64,000 nt of DNA from Synechococcus sp. AG-676-F02 (GTDB taxonomy: Bacteria; Cyanobacteriota; Cyanobacteriia; PCC-6307; Cyanobiaceae), in assembly GCA_003208975.1 (NCBI GenBank), contig QCTY01000001.1, positions 10,804 to 74,803 of the forward strand. The letters are read 5' to 3'. The notes beneath the pieces are model-generated. The model saw only the letters and a list, made by a program, of their open reading frames with translations, searched no databases and was not told the DNA's origin. Position numbers and translations under genes: made by a program. Below, in pieces: positions 9,694-19,542 of this stretch. Position 1 is the stretch's first letter; the number at the start of each line of letters is the position of its first letter.

Positions 9694-10437
9694 ATTGACC
9701 CCCCTCTCATCGCTGGCCTCACCCTTGTTGGTGTTGGTCCCGGAGATCCGGAACTGATGACTCTGGCGGCGGTCGATGCCATCAGGCAGGCCCAGGTTGT
9801 CGCATTTCCGGCAGTGCGTGATGGGGCGGAGAGCATGGCCGCTTCGATCGCAGAACCATGGATCCGTCCTGATCAGCGTCGACTCCCCCTGGTGTTTCCG
9901 ATGGTGGAGGCCGCCGAACCCCGCCGCCAGGCATGGCATCAGGCTGCGGCGGCCCTTGCGGCCGAGGTGGAATGTGGCCATGCCGTGGTCTTGCTCTGTG
10001 AAGGGGATGCATCGCTGTTCGCGACCAGTAGCTATGTGGTTCTGGCTTTGCAGCAGCAATACCCCCGTTGTCCCCTGCGGGTGATTCCCGGCATTACGGC
10101 CATTTCGGCGGCGGCGGCGGCAGGCGCCTGGCCCCTGGCTCTTCAGCAGGACCAGCTGCTGGTGATGCCATGTCCAGACCATCACGAGGACCTGATCGCC
10201 GCTCTTGCTGATGCGGCTCGTCAGGAACGAGTGTTGGCACTGCTCAAGCTTGGTCGACGTTGGAGCTGGGTTCGTCCCCTTCTGGAGCAGCAGGGGCTGC
10301 TGAAGCACACGCTCTTCGCCGAGCGGGTTGGCTGGGGAGATCAAAGGGTTTGCAGGGCGGATCTGCTGCCGGCCGGCCAGCGTCCTTATTTTTCTCTTTT
10401 GCTGATCAGGCAAACCTGGCCAAAGGTCATGCCATGA
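9694..10437 (+). CDS. cobI: Precorrin-2 C20-methyltransferase (start uncertain)
   Basis: LTLVGVGPGDPELMTLAA (motif lies upstream of the first ATG at 9757), LCEGDASLF, IPGITA, PYFSL. Confidence 0.88.
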   Translation: MDPPLIAGLTLVGVGPGDPELMTLAAVDAIRQAQVVAFPAVRDGAESMAASIAEPWIRPDQRRLPLVFPMVEAAEPRRQAWHQAAAALAAEVECGHAVVLLCEGDASLFATSSYVVLALQQQYPRCPLRVIPGITAISAAAAAGAWPLALQQDQLLVMPCPDHHEDLIAALADAARQERVLALLKLGRRWSWVRPLLEQQGLLKHTLFAERVGWGDQRVCRADLLPAGQRPYFSLLLIRQTWPKVMP

Positions 10438-11422
10438 CCTGATCGAGTTGACGGTCCAGCAGGTCAAGAGCCTCGGCCGGTGTCGGGGCTCGCATCAAGG
10501 CATGGCGTAATTGCGGTGCACCGGGGAAACCAACGCAGGTCCAGCCCATGTGTTTCCTGGCGATCAAAAGACCATGCTCCCCCCGGGCTTCCACCAGAGC
10601 CAGCAGCTGCTCTTTTGCCAGTTGCAACCGCTCCGAAGGGCCCGGTGTGGTAGGCACCGCTCGGCCGGCCAGGGCTGCATCGATCTGGCCTACAAGCCAT
10701 GGAGCCCCCATGGTGCCTCGGCCCACCATCACGCCCGCTGCACCGGTTTGCTGCAGGCAACGCAGGGCATCGTTGGGGTTTTTGATGTCACCGTTGGCAA
10801 TCAGCGGAATGGTGAGCGCTTGTTTCACTGCGGCGATCGAGCCCCAGTCAGCGTTGCCTTTGAAACGTTGCTCACGGGTGCGGCCGTGCAGGGTGAGCAG
10901 CTGCGCGCCGGCATCCTCCAGCTGTCGGCACCATTTGACTGGATCAGCGTCACTGCCGCACCAGCCCAGACGGGTCTTCACCGTGACAGGAATTTGCACC
11001 GCATCCGCCACTGCTGAAACGATTCGGCGCGCCAGGTCGGGGTCCTGAATGAGACCGGAGCCGCCTCCTTTGCGTGCGATTTTGCGCACGGGACAACCCA
11101 TGTTGATGTCAATCAGATAAGCCCCAGCGGCCTCTGCTCGACGGGCTGCGTCGGCCATCGAACCCGGCCTGTGATCGAACAGCTGAACGCCGATTGGTCC
11201 AGGTTCATCGGAAAGTTCCTCCACCTTGCTGAGGCCGTGGCCCATCTCCAGGCTGGTTGCATTCACCATTTCGGTGAAGAGCAGCGCCTCGGGTGCCCAA
11301 CGCCGCACTAGCCGGCGAAAGATCTTGTCGCTGACCCCCGCAAGCGGGGACTGGAGCACGCGACAGGTGAGCTGACGGGGGCGGCCGCGGCCGGGAAGCT
11401 GGATCGTTGCGGAGGCAAGCAT
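10427..11422 (-). CDS. dusB: tRNA-dihydrouridine synthase B
   Basis: SPLAGVSD, TEMV, DINMGCP, VKTRLGW, LHGRT, ANGDI, VMVGRG. Confidence 0.93.
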   Translation of the reverse strand: MLASATIQLPGRGRPRQLTCRVLQSPLAGVSDKIFRRLVRRWAPEALLFTEMVNATSLEMGHGLSKVEELSDEPGPIGVQLFDHRPGSMADAARRAEAAGAYLIDINMGCPVRKIARKGGGSGLIQDPDLARRIVSAVADAVQIPVTVKTRLGWCGSDADPVKWCRQLEDAGAQLLTLHGRTREQRFKGNADWGSIAAVKQALTIPLIANGDIKNPNDALRCLQQTGAAGVMVGRGTMGAPWLVGQIDAALAGRAVPTTPGPSERLQLAKEQLLALVEARGEHGLLIARKHMGWTCVGFPGAPQLRHALMRAPTPAEALDLLDRQLDQVMA

Positions 11423-11428
11423 GGGTCC

Positions 11429-11899
11429 ATGCTGCCGATTGATGTGACGGACCTCTGGCCTCTCAGCCGTGATCTGCTGGTTCAGATCCTCGAAGACCGC
11501 TGCAGTGATCGCTTTGTCTGCGAGCGCATCTGGGAGAGGCTGGGCTACCGCAAGGTCTCGGCGGGGGTATGGGGTGCGGGACCCGAAACGCCCGCGGAGT
11601 GGTCTGAGGCTTTTTCTGAAGCCCCCCAGTTGATTGCTGAACGCCCGGCTTCCGTTCGCCTGACCCGCTCGATCGCGAAGCCCCACAAGCAGCTTCTCAA
11701 GCAGCAGCTGGGCTTTTCCGGGTATCGAATCGGTGAGCTTTACCCCCGGCGCACCCGCCGGGCGACGGCGGTGAACTGGTTGCTGGCCTGGCTAGCGGAG
11801 CGTAGTGAGCCACTGATGACGCAGGGGCCTCTGGCCCCTGAGCTCCCCGCTCCGTCGAATCCGGTTTTCGGCCATCCCGGTGATCTGCCGGTGACCTGA
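11429..11899 (+). CDS. DUF1823-family cyanobacterial protein
   Basis: SDRFVCERIWERLGY, RPASVRLTRSI, KQLLKQQLGFSGY, PRRTRRATAVNWLL. Confidence 0.85.
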   Translation: MLPIDVTDLWPLSRDLLVQILEDRCSDRFVCERIWERLGYRKVSAGVWGAGPETPAEWSEAFSEAPQLIAERPASVRLTRSIAKPHKQLLKQQLGFSGYRIGELYPRRTRRATAVNWLLAWLAERSEPLMTQGPLAPELPAPSNPVFGHPGDLPVT

Positions 11900-11903
11900 A
11901 CGC

Positions 11904-12139
11904 TTAGGCCGGGATGCTCACAGGGGTGCCCGTTGGTGTGTTGTTGAACAGCCAACGCGCCCTGGCCGGCGCTCTCGCGTGGTGACCGAGCGCTATTTCG
12001 TCAACACTTTGGGCTCGAAAATTGGTGTTGGGTTCGAGGCTATTCCGGTGCTGACCGGAATAACCCGCACCACCTGCTGGTTCTCGTCGTCAATGGTCAG
12101 GCGCTGATCGGAGAGATCGATCACCAGGAAGGTTTCACT
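11904..12139 (-). pseudogene. L,D-transpeptidase remnant
   Basis: Hand translation: FLVIDLSDQRLTIDDENQQVVRVIPVSTGIASNPTP..KVLTK*RSVT, then in another frame ARWLFNNTPTGTPVSIPA*. No start codon, internal TAG at 11993-11995, catalytic H..GC segment absent. Confidence 0.75.
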
Positions 12140-12240
12140 TCTGCGGACCTGTCACCCGCATTCGCGTCTCATGCGTCGCGTAAGGAAAGTCTTTGGTTTC
12201 TTGGGTCTGTAGGGTCAAAGATTGACCGAAGCTTCGCCCT

Positions 12241-13608
12241 GTGGCGCGTCCCGTCGTTGCGATCATCGGACGCCCCAACGTTGGCAAGTCCACCTTGGTG
12301 AACCGCCTCTGTCGCAGTCGTGAGGCGATTGTCCATGACCAGCCCGGTGTGACCCGGGACCGGACCTATCAGGACGGTTACTGGGGCGACCGTGAATTCA
12401 AGGTGGTGGATACCGGTGGCCTGGTTTTTGACGACGACAGCGAGTTCCTTCCGGAGATCCGCGAGCAGGCATCACTGGCGCTGGAGGAGGCAAGCGTAGC
12501 TGTGGTGATCGTGGATGGTCAGCAGGGGATCACAGCCGCAGATGAATCGATTGCGGACTTTCTGCGCAGCCGTTCTTGTCCCACCTTGCTGGCGGTGAAC
12601 AAGTGTGAGTCGCCGGAGCAGGGGCTTGCCATGGCGGCTGAGTTCTGGAGTCTTGGTCTGGGAGAGCCGTACCCGATTTCGTCGATCCATGGCGTGGGCA
12701 CCGGTGATCTGCTTGATCAGGTATTGACCTTTCTGCCTCCGAAGGACGAGGAAGGAGACGAGGAAGAGCCGATCCAGATGGCGATCATCGGTCGCCCCAA
12801 TGTGGGTAAATCCAGTCTGCTTAATGCCATCTGTGGCGAGCAGCGCGCCATCGTCAGCCCCATTCGAGGGACCACCCGAGACACGATCGACACGAGCATC
12901 GTCCGTGAGAACCGCCCTTGGCGGCTGGTTGACACCGCTGGCATTCGTCGCCGCAGGAGTGTGAATTACGGGCCCGAGTTCTTCGGTATCAACCGCAGTT
13001 TCAAGGCCATCAATCGAAGCGACGTCTGTGTTCTGGTGATTGATGTCCTGGATGGGGTCACCGAACAGGATCAGCGGCTGGCAGGCCGTATTGAAGAGGA
13101 CGGTCGTGCCTGCGTGGTGGTTGTGAACAAATGGGATGCCGTGGAGAAAGACAGCCACACCATGTCGGCCATGGAGAAGGAGCTGAGGGCCAAGCTCTAC
13201 TTCCTGGACTGGGCTCCGATGCTGTTCACTTCAGCCCTGACGGGGCAACGGGTGCAGAGCATCTTTGCCCTTGCAGCCCTCGCGGTCGAGCAGCACCGTC
13301 GTCGTGTCAGCACCTCTGTCGTCAATGAGGTGCTCAAGGAGGCCCTGAGCTGGCGCAGTCCCCCCACCACCCGAGGTGGACGTCAGGGACGGTTGTATTA
13401 CGGCACTCAGGTGGCCAGTCGGCCGCCCAGCTTCACTTTGTTCGTTAACGATCCCAAACTTTTTGGTGACACCTACAGGCGTTATGTGGAACGTCAGATT
13501 CGAGAGGGTCTTGGCTTCGACGGAACTCCGTTGAAGCTCTACTGGCGAGGGAAGCAGCAGAGAGACGCGGAGCGCGATCTGGCCCGTCAGCAGAGCCGCC
13601 AGGGCTGA
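12241..13608 (+). CDS. der: Ribosome biogenesis GTPase Der/EngA
   Basis: Two GRPNVGKS P-loops, DTGG/DTAG, NKCE/NKWD, C-terminal KH-like domain. Confidence 0.98.
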   Translation: MARPVVAIIGRPNVGKSTLVNRLCRSREAIVHDQPGVTRDRTYQDGYWGDREFKVVDTGGLVFDDDSEFLPEIREQASLALEEASVAVVIVDGQQGITAADESIADFLRSRSCPTLLAVNKCESPEQGLAMAAEFWSLGLGEPYPISSIHGVGTGDLLDQVLTFLPPKDEEGDEEEPIQMAIIGRPNVGKSSLLNAICGEQRAIVSPIRGTTRDTIDTSIVRENRPWRLVDTAGIRRRRSVNYGPEFFGINRSFKAINRSDVCVLVIDVLDGVTEQDQRLAGRIEEDGRACVVVVNKWDAVEKDSHTMSAMEKELRAKLYFLDWAPMLFTSALTGQRVQSIFALAALAVEQHRRRVSTSVVNEVLKEALSWRSPPTTRGGRQGRLYYGTQVASRPPSFTLFVNDPKLFGDTYRRYVERQIREGLGFDGTPLKLYWRGKQQRDAERDLARQQSRQG

Positions 13609-13611
13609 GGG

Positions 13612-14490
13612 ATGGACTGGCTGCGGCAGATCCCCATTGGCCAGTACGTGGATGGTCCGCAGTGCTGGCTGCGTCGCCTTGATCCACGTCTGAAGCTCGG
13701 CTGGTCGTTGCTTTTTTTGTTGACCCCAGTGCTGGCGGGCCCCGTCTGGAGGGTGTCCCTGGTGTTGGCTCTGCTGTTGCTCACAGCAGCGAGCGGGCTG
13801 CCTCGCCGACTCTGGTGGCGCTCTCTGGCTGTTCTCACCCTGCTGGCTCTCAGCGTTGGCTTGCTGTCGATGTTTCTGCCAGCGACGGATCCCGCGGCTG
13901 CGTTGGCCCTGCGCCCTCCTGATGAATTTCCGGGTGCCTCAATCGAAGGGCCGAGCTGGGATGTGCTGCGTTTCGGCCCGCTTCGGGTGGATCGGGCCTC
14001 TCTGCTGTTGGGCCTGCGCACCTCAACGCTGCTGTTCACGGTGATTCACAGCGTCAATCTGGTGCTGCTCAGCACCCCTCCCGAGGATCTGGTGTGGGCA
14101 CTCTCCTGGCTGCTCAAGCCGCTGCTCTGGCTGGGTCTCCCCATGGAAAGGCTCGGGTTTCAGCTGCTTCTAGCCTTGCGTTTTCTTCCCCTGGCACAGG
14201 AGGAACTTCAAAATCTTCTGCGATCCCTTGCAGGTCACGCCGTCAATTTGCGACAACTCGGGTTCAAGGCCTCCTTCGGTCTCGTCCTTGCCGTTGCTGA
14301 GCGATTGTTGGCCAACATCCTGCTCCGCGCCGAGCAGGGTGCTGATGCTCTTGTGGCGCGGGGTGGTCAGGTTCTGGATCCTTCAGCCTTGCGACTACCC
14401 AGGGAACAAGCCAAGATTTGGCTCAACGGTCTGGCCGCGCTGTTGCTGCCGATGACTGTGGTGCTGCGCGTTCTGTACGGTGCTTCTTAA
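13612..14490 (+). CDS. ECF transporter transmembrane component T (CbiQ family)
   Basis: LRQIPIGQY, LDPRLKL, LALRFLP, ALVARG; hydrophobic; usual position after der. Confidence 0.85.
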   Translation: MDWLRQIPIGQYVDGPQCWLRRLDPRLKLGWSLLFLLTPVLAGPVWRVSLVLALLLLTAASGLPRRLWWRSLAVLTLLALSVGLLSMFLPATDPAAALALRPPDEFPGASIEGPSWDVLRFGPLRVDRASLLLGLRTSTLLFTVIHSVNLVLLSTPPEDLVWALSWLLKPLLWLGLPMERLGFQLLLALRFLPLAQEELQNLLRSLAGHAVNLRQLGFKASFGLVLAVAERLLANILLRAEQGADALVARGGQVLDPSALRLPREQAKIWLNGLAALLLPMTVVLRVLYGAS

Positions 14491-14504
14491 GGGAGATTGC
14501 CTTC

Positions 14505-14771
14505 ATGGCTGCAGAGCGTTATCTCAATCACCCCACCTTTGGGATGCTTTACCTCGTGGCTCCTGCTGGTGAAGGGCGAGATGTCTACGCCACGTTGTAT
14601 GCCCAGAGGATGTTCTTTCTGGTGACATTGCAGCCCAGGGGTGCTCAGTTCGAGGTGATTCCCTACGGAGATGCCCGGCACCATGCCGATGTTCATCTGC
14701 AACGTTGCCAACGCTCGGGTGCCGCCGATCTCAAGGATTGGAAGCAGTTGTTTGACCAGACCTTCATTTAG
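14505..14771 (+). CDS. pipX: PII/NtcA-interacting protein PipX
   Basis: MAAERYLNHPTFGMLY..YATLYAQRMFFLV. Confidence 0.95.
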   Translation: MAAERYLNHPTFGMLYLVAPAGEGRDVYATLYAQRMFFLVTLQPRGAQFEVIPYGDARHHADVHLQRCQRSGAADLKDWKQLFDQTFI

Positions 14772-14774
14772 GCC

Positions 14775-15437
14775 TTGACCAATTCCCTTGCTGATCGCTG
14801 GATGCATCTGCGGGAGGACCTGCCCGCATCAACCCGGCTTCTTGCTGTCAGCAAAGGTCATCCATCCAGTTCGATTCGTGCCCTGGCTCAGCTTGGCCAG
14901 CGGGCCTTCGGTGAAAGTCGGCTGCAGGAAGCTCTCCCTAAACAAGAGGATCTGGCGGATCTCGACATTGATTGGCATTTCATTGGACGCCTGCAGAGCA
15001 ACAAGGTTCGCTCCGTGGTGAAGGCCTTCTCCGTGATTCATTCAGTCGACTCCCTGGCACTGGCCGAGCGCGTCTCACGCATCTCTTCCGAGGAAGAGGT
15101 GTCCCCGTCCGTGCTGCTGCAGGTCAAGCTGCGGCCCGATCCGAGCAAAGGTGGTTTTGACGCCAATCACCTGCAATCGGTCTGGCCGCGGATTTCCACT
15201 CTTCCAGCCATGCGAGTTGTCGGGTTGATGACCATGGCTCCTCTCGATTGCCTTGCGATCGATCGGCAGGCGTTGTTCCGCGAATGCCGCGATCTGGCCG
15301 ATCGACTGGCACTGCCGGATTGTTCGATGGGGATGAGTGGTGATTGGCGCGAGGCCACTGCGGCAGGAAGCACCTGGTTGCGGGTGGGGTCAGCGCTGTT
15401 CGGGGCTCGGCCGGTGTCAGCTCCGGCCATGGGCTGA
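14775..15437 (+). CDS. pipY: PLP homeostasis protein YggS/PipY
   Basis: LLAVSKGH, FGESRLQE, WHFIGRLQSNK, GLMTM, SMGMSGD, RVGSALFG. Confidence 0.93.
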   Translation: MTNSLADRWMHLREDLPASTRLLAVSKGHPSSSIRALAQLGQRAFGESRLQEALPKQEDLADLDIDWHFIGRLQSNKVRSVVKAFSVIHSVDSLALAERVSRISSEEEVSPSVLLQVKLRPDPSKGGFDANHLQSVWPRISTLPAMRVVGLMTMAPLDCLAIDRQALFRECRDLADRLALPDCSMGMSGDWREATAAGSTWLRVGSALFGARPVSAPAMG

Positions 15438-15530
15438 CTTGCTGAAGATTGGCTGAAACGTTATTCAAGGTCATAGGTGTTCCCTGTCTCCGGGATCCCC
15501 GCCATGTCTCAGCCTGAGAGGAGTTCCAAG

Positions 15531-16097
15531 GTGTCGCTCATTTCCCGCCTGCGTGCTGTCGTCGCCGGTGACGATTATCTCGATGGCGATTTGGATGATT
15601 TGGTCTACGACGACGATCAAGTGGAGCAAGACCAGCGGGCGGCCCAGGCCGACGGTGGTGCCTTGGCCACCATTGGTGACAGCAACCCCTTCGATCTGGG
15701 CGACAGCCTGCCCGGTTCGAATGTGATCGGCATGCCTGGCATCAGCTCGGCCGCGGCGGAGGTGAATCTGATGGAACCCCGCAGTTTCGATGAGATGCCT
15801 CGGGCTATTCAAGCCCTGCGTGAGCGCAAAACGGTCATCCTCAATCTCACGATGATGGAGCCCGATCAGGCTCAAAGGGCCGTTGATTTCGTTGCCGGGG
15901 GTACCTTTGCCATCGATGGTCACCAAGAGCGTGTGGGTGAGAGCATCTTTCTCTTTGCTCCCAGCTGCGTCACGGTGACCAACACCAGCCACGAAGACGC
16001 GTCTTCTCCAACCGTGGTCAGCCGCGAGATGGATGTGTCCGAGCAGCCTGATACCGCGGCAGCTCCCTCGCCTGCTTGGGGCGCTGCAGCCCTCTGA
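15531..16097 (+). CDS. sepF: Cell division protein SepF
   Basis: [35 protein letters not shown]; GTG start at 15531. Confidence 0.93.
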   Translation: MSLISRLRAVVAGDDYLDGDLDDLVYDDDQVEQDQRAAQADGGALATIGDSNPFDLGDSLPGSNVIGMPGISSAAAEVNLMEPRSFDEMPRAIQALRERKTVILNLTMMEPDQAQRAVDFVAGGTFAIDGHQERVGESIFLFAPSCVTVTNTSHEDASSPTVVSREMDVSEQPDTAAAPSPAWGAAAL

Positions 16098-16108
16098 GGT
16101 CGACCGGA

Positions 16109-16921
16109 GTGTCCCTTTCCATCGGTGTGATCGGCCTGGGTCGCATGGCCCAGGCTCTGATTGAACCCCTGCTCGCATCCGGTTCCGTTGAGCCGGATCA
16201 GGTGTTTGCTGTCGTAGGTCGCCCGGAATCAGCAGTTGCGTTGAAGCAGGGACTTTTCGCTCGGTGCATCATTCATGCCGCTGCCTCGGCTGAATCCGCC
16301 GAGGTCTTGAAGGCTCCTTTGCAGCTGTTGGCCATCAAGCCCCAGCAGGTTGAGCTCGCTGCAGCTTCCTTCCCTGCTGTCGAGGGTTCCCCTCTTCTGG
16401 TGTCGGTCCTCGCAGGGGTCACTTTGTCTCGGTTGCAGCGGTTGTTCCCATCTCATCGGGTGGTACGTGCTGTGCCGAATACACCGGCACTCGTTGGTCA
16501 GGGGCTGACGGCCCTGGCTTGGGGTGAGAACATTTCCCCGTCTCAACGCCAAAAGGTTCAGGCTCTCTTCGCTGGGGTTGGCGAGGTTTTGCAGCTGCCT
16601 GAAGAGAAGCTCGATGCTTTTTTGGCACTGACATCCTCAGGTCCGGCGTTTGTCGCTCTTGTGGCGGAAGCGATGGCCGATGGTGCTGTGGCAGCTGGAT
16701 TGCCCCGTGATCTGGCCCATCGTCTGGCCCATCGCACCCTGGCTGGATCAGCGGCCTTGTTGGATCAGCGCCAGCTTCATCCGGCCACTCTGAAGGACAT
16801 GGTCACCTCTCCTGGAGGCACCACCATTGCTGGAGTTCGGGCTCTGGAGCGTGGAGGTTTGCGTTCAGCACTGATGGAAGCTGTGATTGCCGCTGCTGAG
16901 CGCAGCCGAGAGCTGGCCTGA
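16109..16921 (+). CDS. proC: Pyrroline-5-carboxylate reductase
   Basis: IGLGRMA, AIKPQ, RAVPNTP, SSGPAF, VTSPGGTT. Confidence 0.95.
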   Translation: MSLSIGVIGLGRMAQALIEPLLASGSVEPDQVFAVVGRPESAVALKQGLFARCIIHAAASAESAEVLKAPLQLLAIKPQQVELAAASFPAVEGSPLLVSVLAGVTLSRLQRLFPSHRVVRAVPNTPALVGQGLTALAWGENISPSQRQKVQALFAGVGEVLQLPEEKLDAFLALTSSGPAFVALVAEAMADGAVAAGLPRDLAHRLAHRTLAGSAALLDQRQLHPATLKDMVTSPGGTTIAGVRALERGGLRSALMEAVIAAAERSRELA

Positions 16922-16929
16922 TCCAGAGT

Positions 16930-18102
16930 TCAAGCTGCTTGAACCGGAGATTGGCTCAGCAGCGAGTCGTAAAGGGTTTCGATGGCGTCGATGTTGCGGT
17001 CGATCGTGTAGCGAGCCAAGGCCCGTTCGCGGGCTTTGCGGCCCAGTTCAGCGGTCAGAACAGGTTGTTCCAGCAACACCGGCAGCAAGGTGCGCAGCTG
17101 TGAGGTGACTCCCTGGGTGCTCAGCACGATCCCTGCTCCGTCATTGAGCACTTCACCATCGGCTCCGGCATCGGTGGCGACGCAGGCGGTTCCACAGGCC
17201 ATCGCTTCGAGCAGTGCAAGGGACAGTCCCTCCACGAGGCTGGGAAGAATGAAGACCTCGGCAACCTGCATGAGGGCGATGCGTGTGGCCTGGTCGGGCT
17301 CGTAGCCCCACCAGATCACCGATTGATCGTCGTATTGATTGATCAGGCTGCTGCGCAGTGGTCCATCTCCCACGATCACAAGACAGCTGTCGCAGGGATC
17401 TGCAACCCGCCAGGCCTGAAGCAGTGCTTCCACGTTCTTTTCAGTGGCCAGGCGGCCCACATAGAGAAAGATTCGTTTTGGGCCAATTCGCTCCCGTACC
17501 TTTTGCAGCGTGGGGGAGGGACAGCTGGGGAGGGCAGGGGACCAGCGATTGATATCAACCCCGTTGGGAATAACCACAAGCCTTTGTTCCGGAACCCCAA
17601 GGCGCACAAGCACATCCGCCTGCAGCTGGGAGAACACGATCACCCGGTCGTATTTCGCTAGAGCCGGGGCGTACAGCTGATAGGTGAGTTGCTGGGTGCC
17701 GGCAGTGATGTTGCGCAGCCCCGCATCGAAGGGGGGATGGAACGTTGCAACGAGGGGGACCCCCAGCTGTTGGCAGAGTTCCGGCAGACGGAAATCCAGA
17801 GGTGAGAGGGTGAGGCTGGCATGGACGATGTCTGGTTTCAGTCGCTCCAGAGATTCCCGTAATTCCCTCTGGGCCCTGGGAGAAGGGATCGTGTAAACCT
17901 GCGATTTCACCAGGTAGGGCAGGCTGACATCAGGATCGTTTGCCAACAGTGAGGTGGCAGGGCTTTCCGGATCCCGCGGGTTGTCGAAATGAATGAAATG
18001 CGTCTGGTGGCCTCTGCTGCGCAGGGCCTCCGTGGTGCTGAGCCCGTAGGAGACGTTCCCGCAAAATGGTGACTTCTTTCCCAGCCAGGCAATTTGAACC
18101 AA
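16930..18102 (-). CDS. Glycosyltransferase family 4
   Basis: IPNGVD, YVGRLATEKN, VGDGP, PSLVEGLSLALLEAMACG. Confidence 0.92.
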   Translation of the reverse strand: MVQIAWLGKKSPFCGNVSYGLSTTEALRSRGHQTHFIHFDNPRDPESPATSLLANDPDVSLPYLVKSQVYTIPSPRAQRELRESLERLKPDIVHASLTLSPLDFRLPELCQQLGVPLVATFHPPFDAGLRNITAGTQQLTYQLYAPALAKYDRVIVFSQLQADVLVRLGVPEQRLVVIPNGVDINRWSPALPSCPSPTLQKVRERIGPKRIFLYVGRLATEKNVEALLQAWRVADPCDSCLVIVGDGPLRSSLINQYDDQSVIWWGYEPDQATRIALMQVAEVFILPSLVEGLSLALLEAMACGTACVATDAGADGEVLNDGAGIVLSTQGVTSQLRTLLPVLLEQPVLTAELGRKARERALARYTIDRNIDAIETLYDSLLSQSPVQAA

Positions 18103-18134
18103 GCTTGAGGATCCTCCTCAGGCGAATGCAAAAA

Positions 18135-19514
18135 CTAGCAGCGCTGCCACGGTCTTTCGATCAGCGCTGCCGTTAGGGCCAGACCCGCCAGCAGCAGGAG
18201 CACCGGCTGCAGTCCGATGCTGCTAACCAGGGTTCCCGCCAGCACCAGGGGCAGGCTGAGCGCAATGTTGATCAGGTTGTTTTGCAGTCCGAACACTCGT
18301 CCTCGCTCGGATTCCGGTGTTTCCTCCTGAATGGTGGTCTGAGCTGGGATCGCTACCAGAGCTGCGCCCACGCCAAGAATTCCGCAGAGGCTGAGGGTGA
18401 ACACCAGGGAGCCCCGCAGTTGGCTAAGCAGCACCAGGGTCCAGGTGATCGTGCCCAGTCCGGTGGCGCTCAGGATCCTGCGGCTGAAGCGGTGACCTGC
18501 CTGGGCGATCACCACGGCTCCAATGGCCATACCGACACCGCTCATGGCCAGGAGTGCTCCAAAACCCGAGGGTCCAAGACTCTCGATCAGAGCTGCGAGC
18601 TGTAGCGCCAGCACGTAGAGAGCGGCGAGAAGGCTATAAAGCAGAACCAGATGCAGCATGGCGCCGCGTACGGAGGGCACCTGTTTCAGCACCTGAAGTC
18701 CCTCGCCGATCTCCGTCCACACCGATGTGGTGGATCGGGGTTTCTGAGCCTCTTCAAGGCTCAGACGCGTGATGCTGACAGCCGCCAGGCCGTAACAGAC
18801 CGGTAAGAGGAGAAATTCCCCACCATCGATGCCGATCCTCAGCAGACCGTGATGCAGCGCTCTGAGAATCGGCTCGCCCAGCGCGAAACCCAGAATCGTC
18901 GCTCCCATGCTGGTGGCCTGATAAAGCGAGTTGGCGGCAAGCAGGTGCTGCCTTGGCACCACGAGGGGAATGGTGGCTTGTTCAGCGGGGGCGAAGAACT
19001 GGGTGAGGATTGATTCAATCAAGGTCATGCCCACAAGCCCCCAGTAGCCCCAGGGGAGCCCCAGCCATGTGGGACCCGGTAACAGGCAAAGGGGTGCGAA
19101 CAGCACCATCAGGGCGCGCAGGGCGTTGGATGCCACCATCACCCGGCGTTTCGGCCAGCGATCTGCCCAGACACCGGCCACCGTCCCCAGCACCATGGCG
19201 GGAATGGTGTTGGCCACGAAGATGCCCGTGGCCAACAGTGTGATCACTTTGGTGCGGGTGCTGATGTCCAGTCCGTATCCGGAGGCCATATCGGCCAGAA
19301 CCCCGCTGCCGTCTCCCATCAGCAGCAGGTGCTGATCGATCAGGAACACCATCAGCACGATGTAGAACTTGTCCGCAAGCTGCGAGAAGATCTGGCCTAA
19401 CCAGAGCTTGCGGAAGTCCCGAAGTTGCAGCACAGCCTGGAGGCCTCTGCTGCCCTCGGGATTGCTCCCTGTGGGCAGGGCGGGTTCGGGTGAGGAAAGG
19501 GTCGGTCCGCTCAA
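18135..19514 (-). CDS. MFS transporter
   Basis: FRKLWLGQIFSQLAD, AGVWADRWPKRRVM, RGRVFG; about 12 TM segments. Confidence 0.92.
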   Translation of the reverse strand: MSGPTLSSPEPALPTGSNPEGSRGLQAVLQLRDFRKLWLGQIFSQLADKFYIVLMVFLIDQHLLLMGDGSGVLADMASGYGLDISTRTKVITLLATGIFVANTIPAMVLGTVAGVWADRWPKRRVMVASNALRALMVLFAPLCLLPGPTWLGLPWGYWGLVGMTLIESILTQFFAPAEQATIPLVVPRQHLLAANSLYQATSMGATILGFALGEPILRALHHGLLRIGIDGGEFLLLPVCYGLAAVSITRLSLEEAQKPRSTTSVWTEIGEGLQVLKQVPSVRGAMLHLVLLYSLLAALYVLALQLAALIESLGPSGFGALLAMSGVGMAIGAVVIAQAGHRFSRRILSATGLGTITWTLVLLSQLRGSLVFTLSLCGILGVGAALVAIPAQTTIQEETPESERGRVFGLQNNLINIALSLPLVLAGTLVSSIGLQPVLLLLAGLALTAALIERPWQRC

Positions 19515-19542
19515 AGGGGCGTTGCGTCGCAGATATGTTGGC

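Noticed and set aside
9244-10467. 407-aa minus-strand ORF
   Set aside because: It is the antisense shadow of cobI run into the real mtnD N-terminus (from 9657), not a fusion protein.
16709-16735. 12-bp tandem repeat TCTGGCCCATCG x2 in proC
   Set aside because: In frame (LAHR LAHR), two copies only, fits an ordinary helix.
12241-16921. der-ecfT-pipX-pipY-sepF-proC cluster as a novel system
   Set aside because: Well-known conserved cyanobacterial arrangement.
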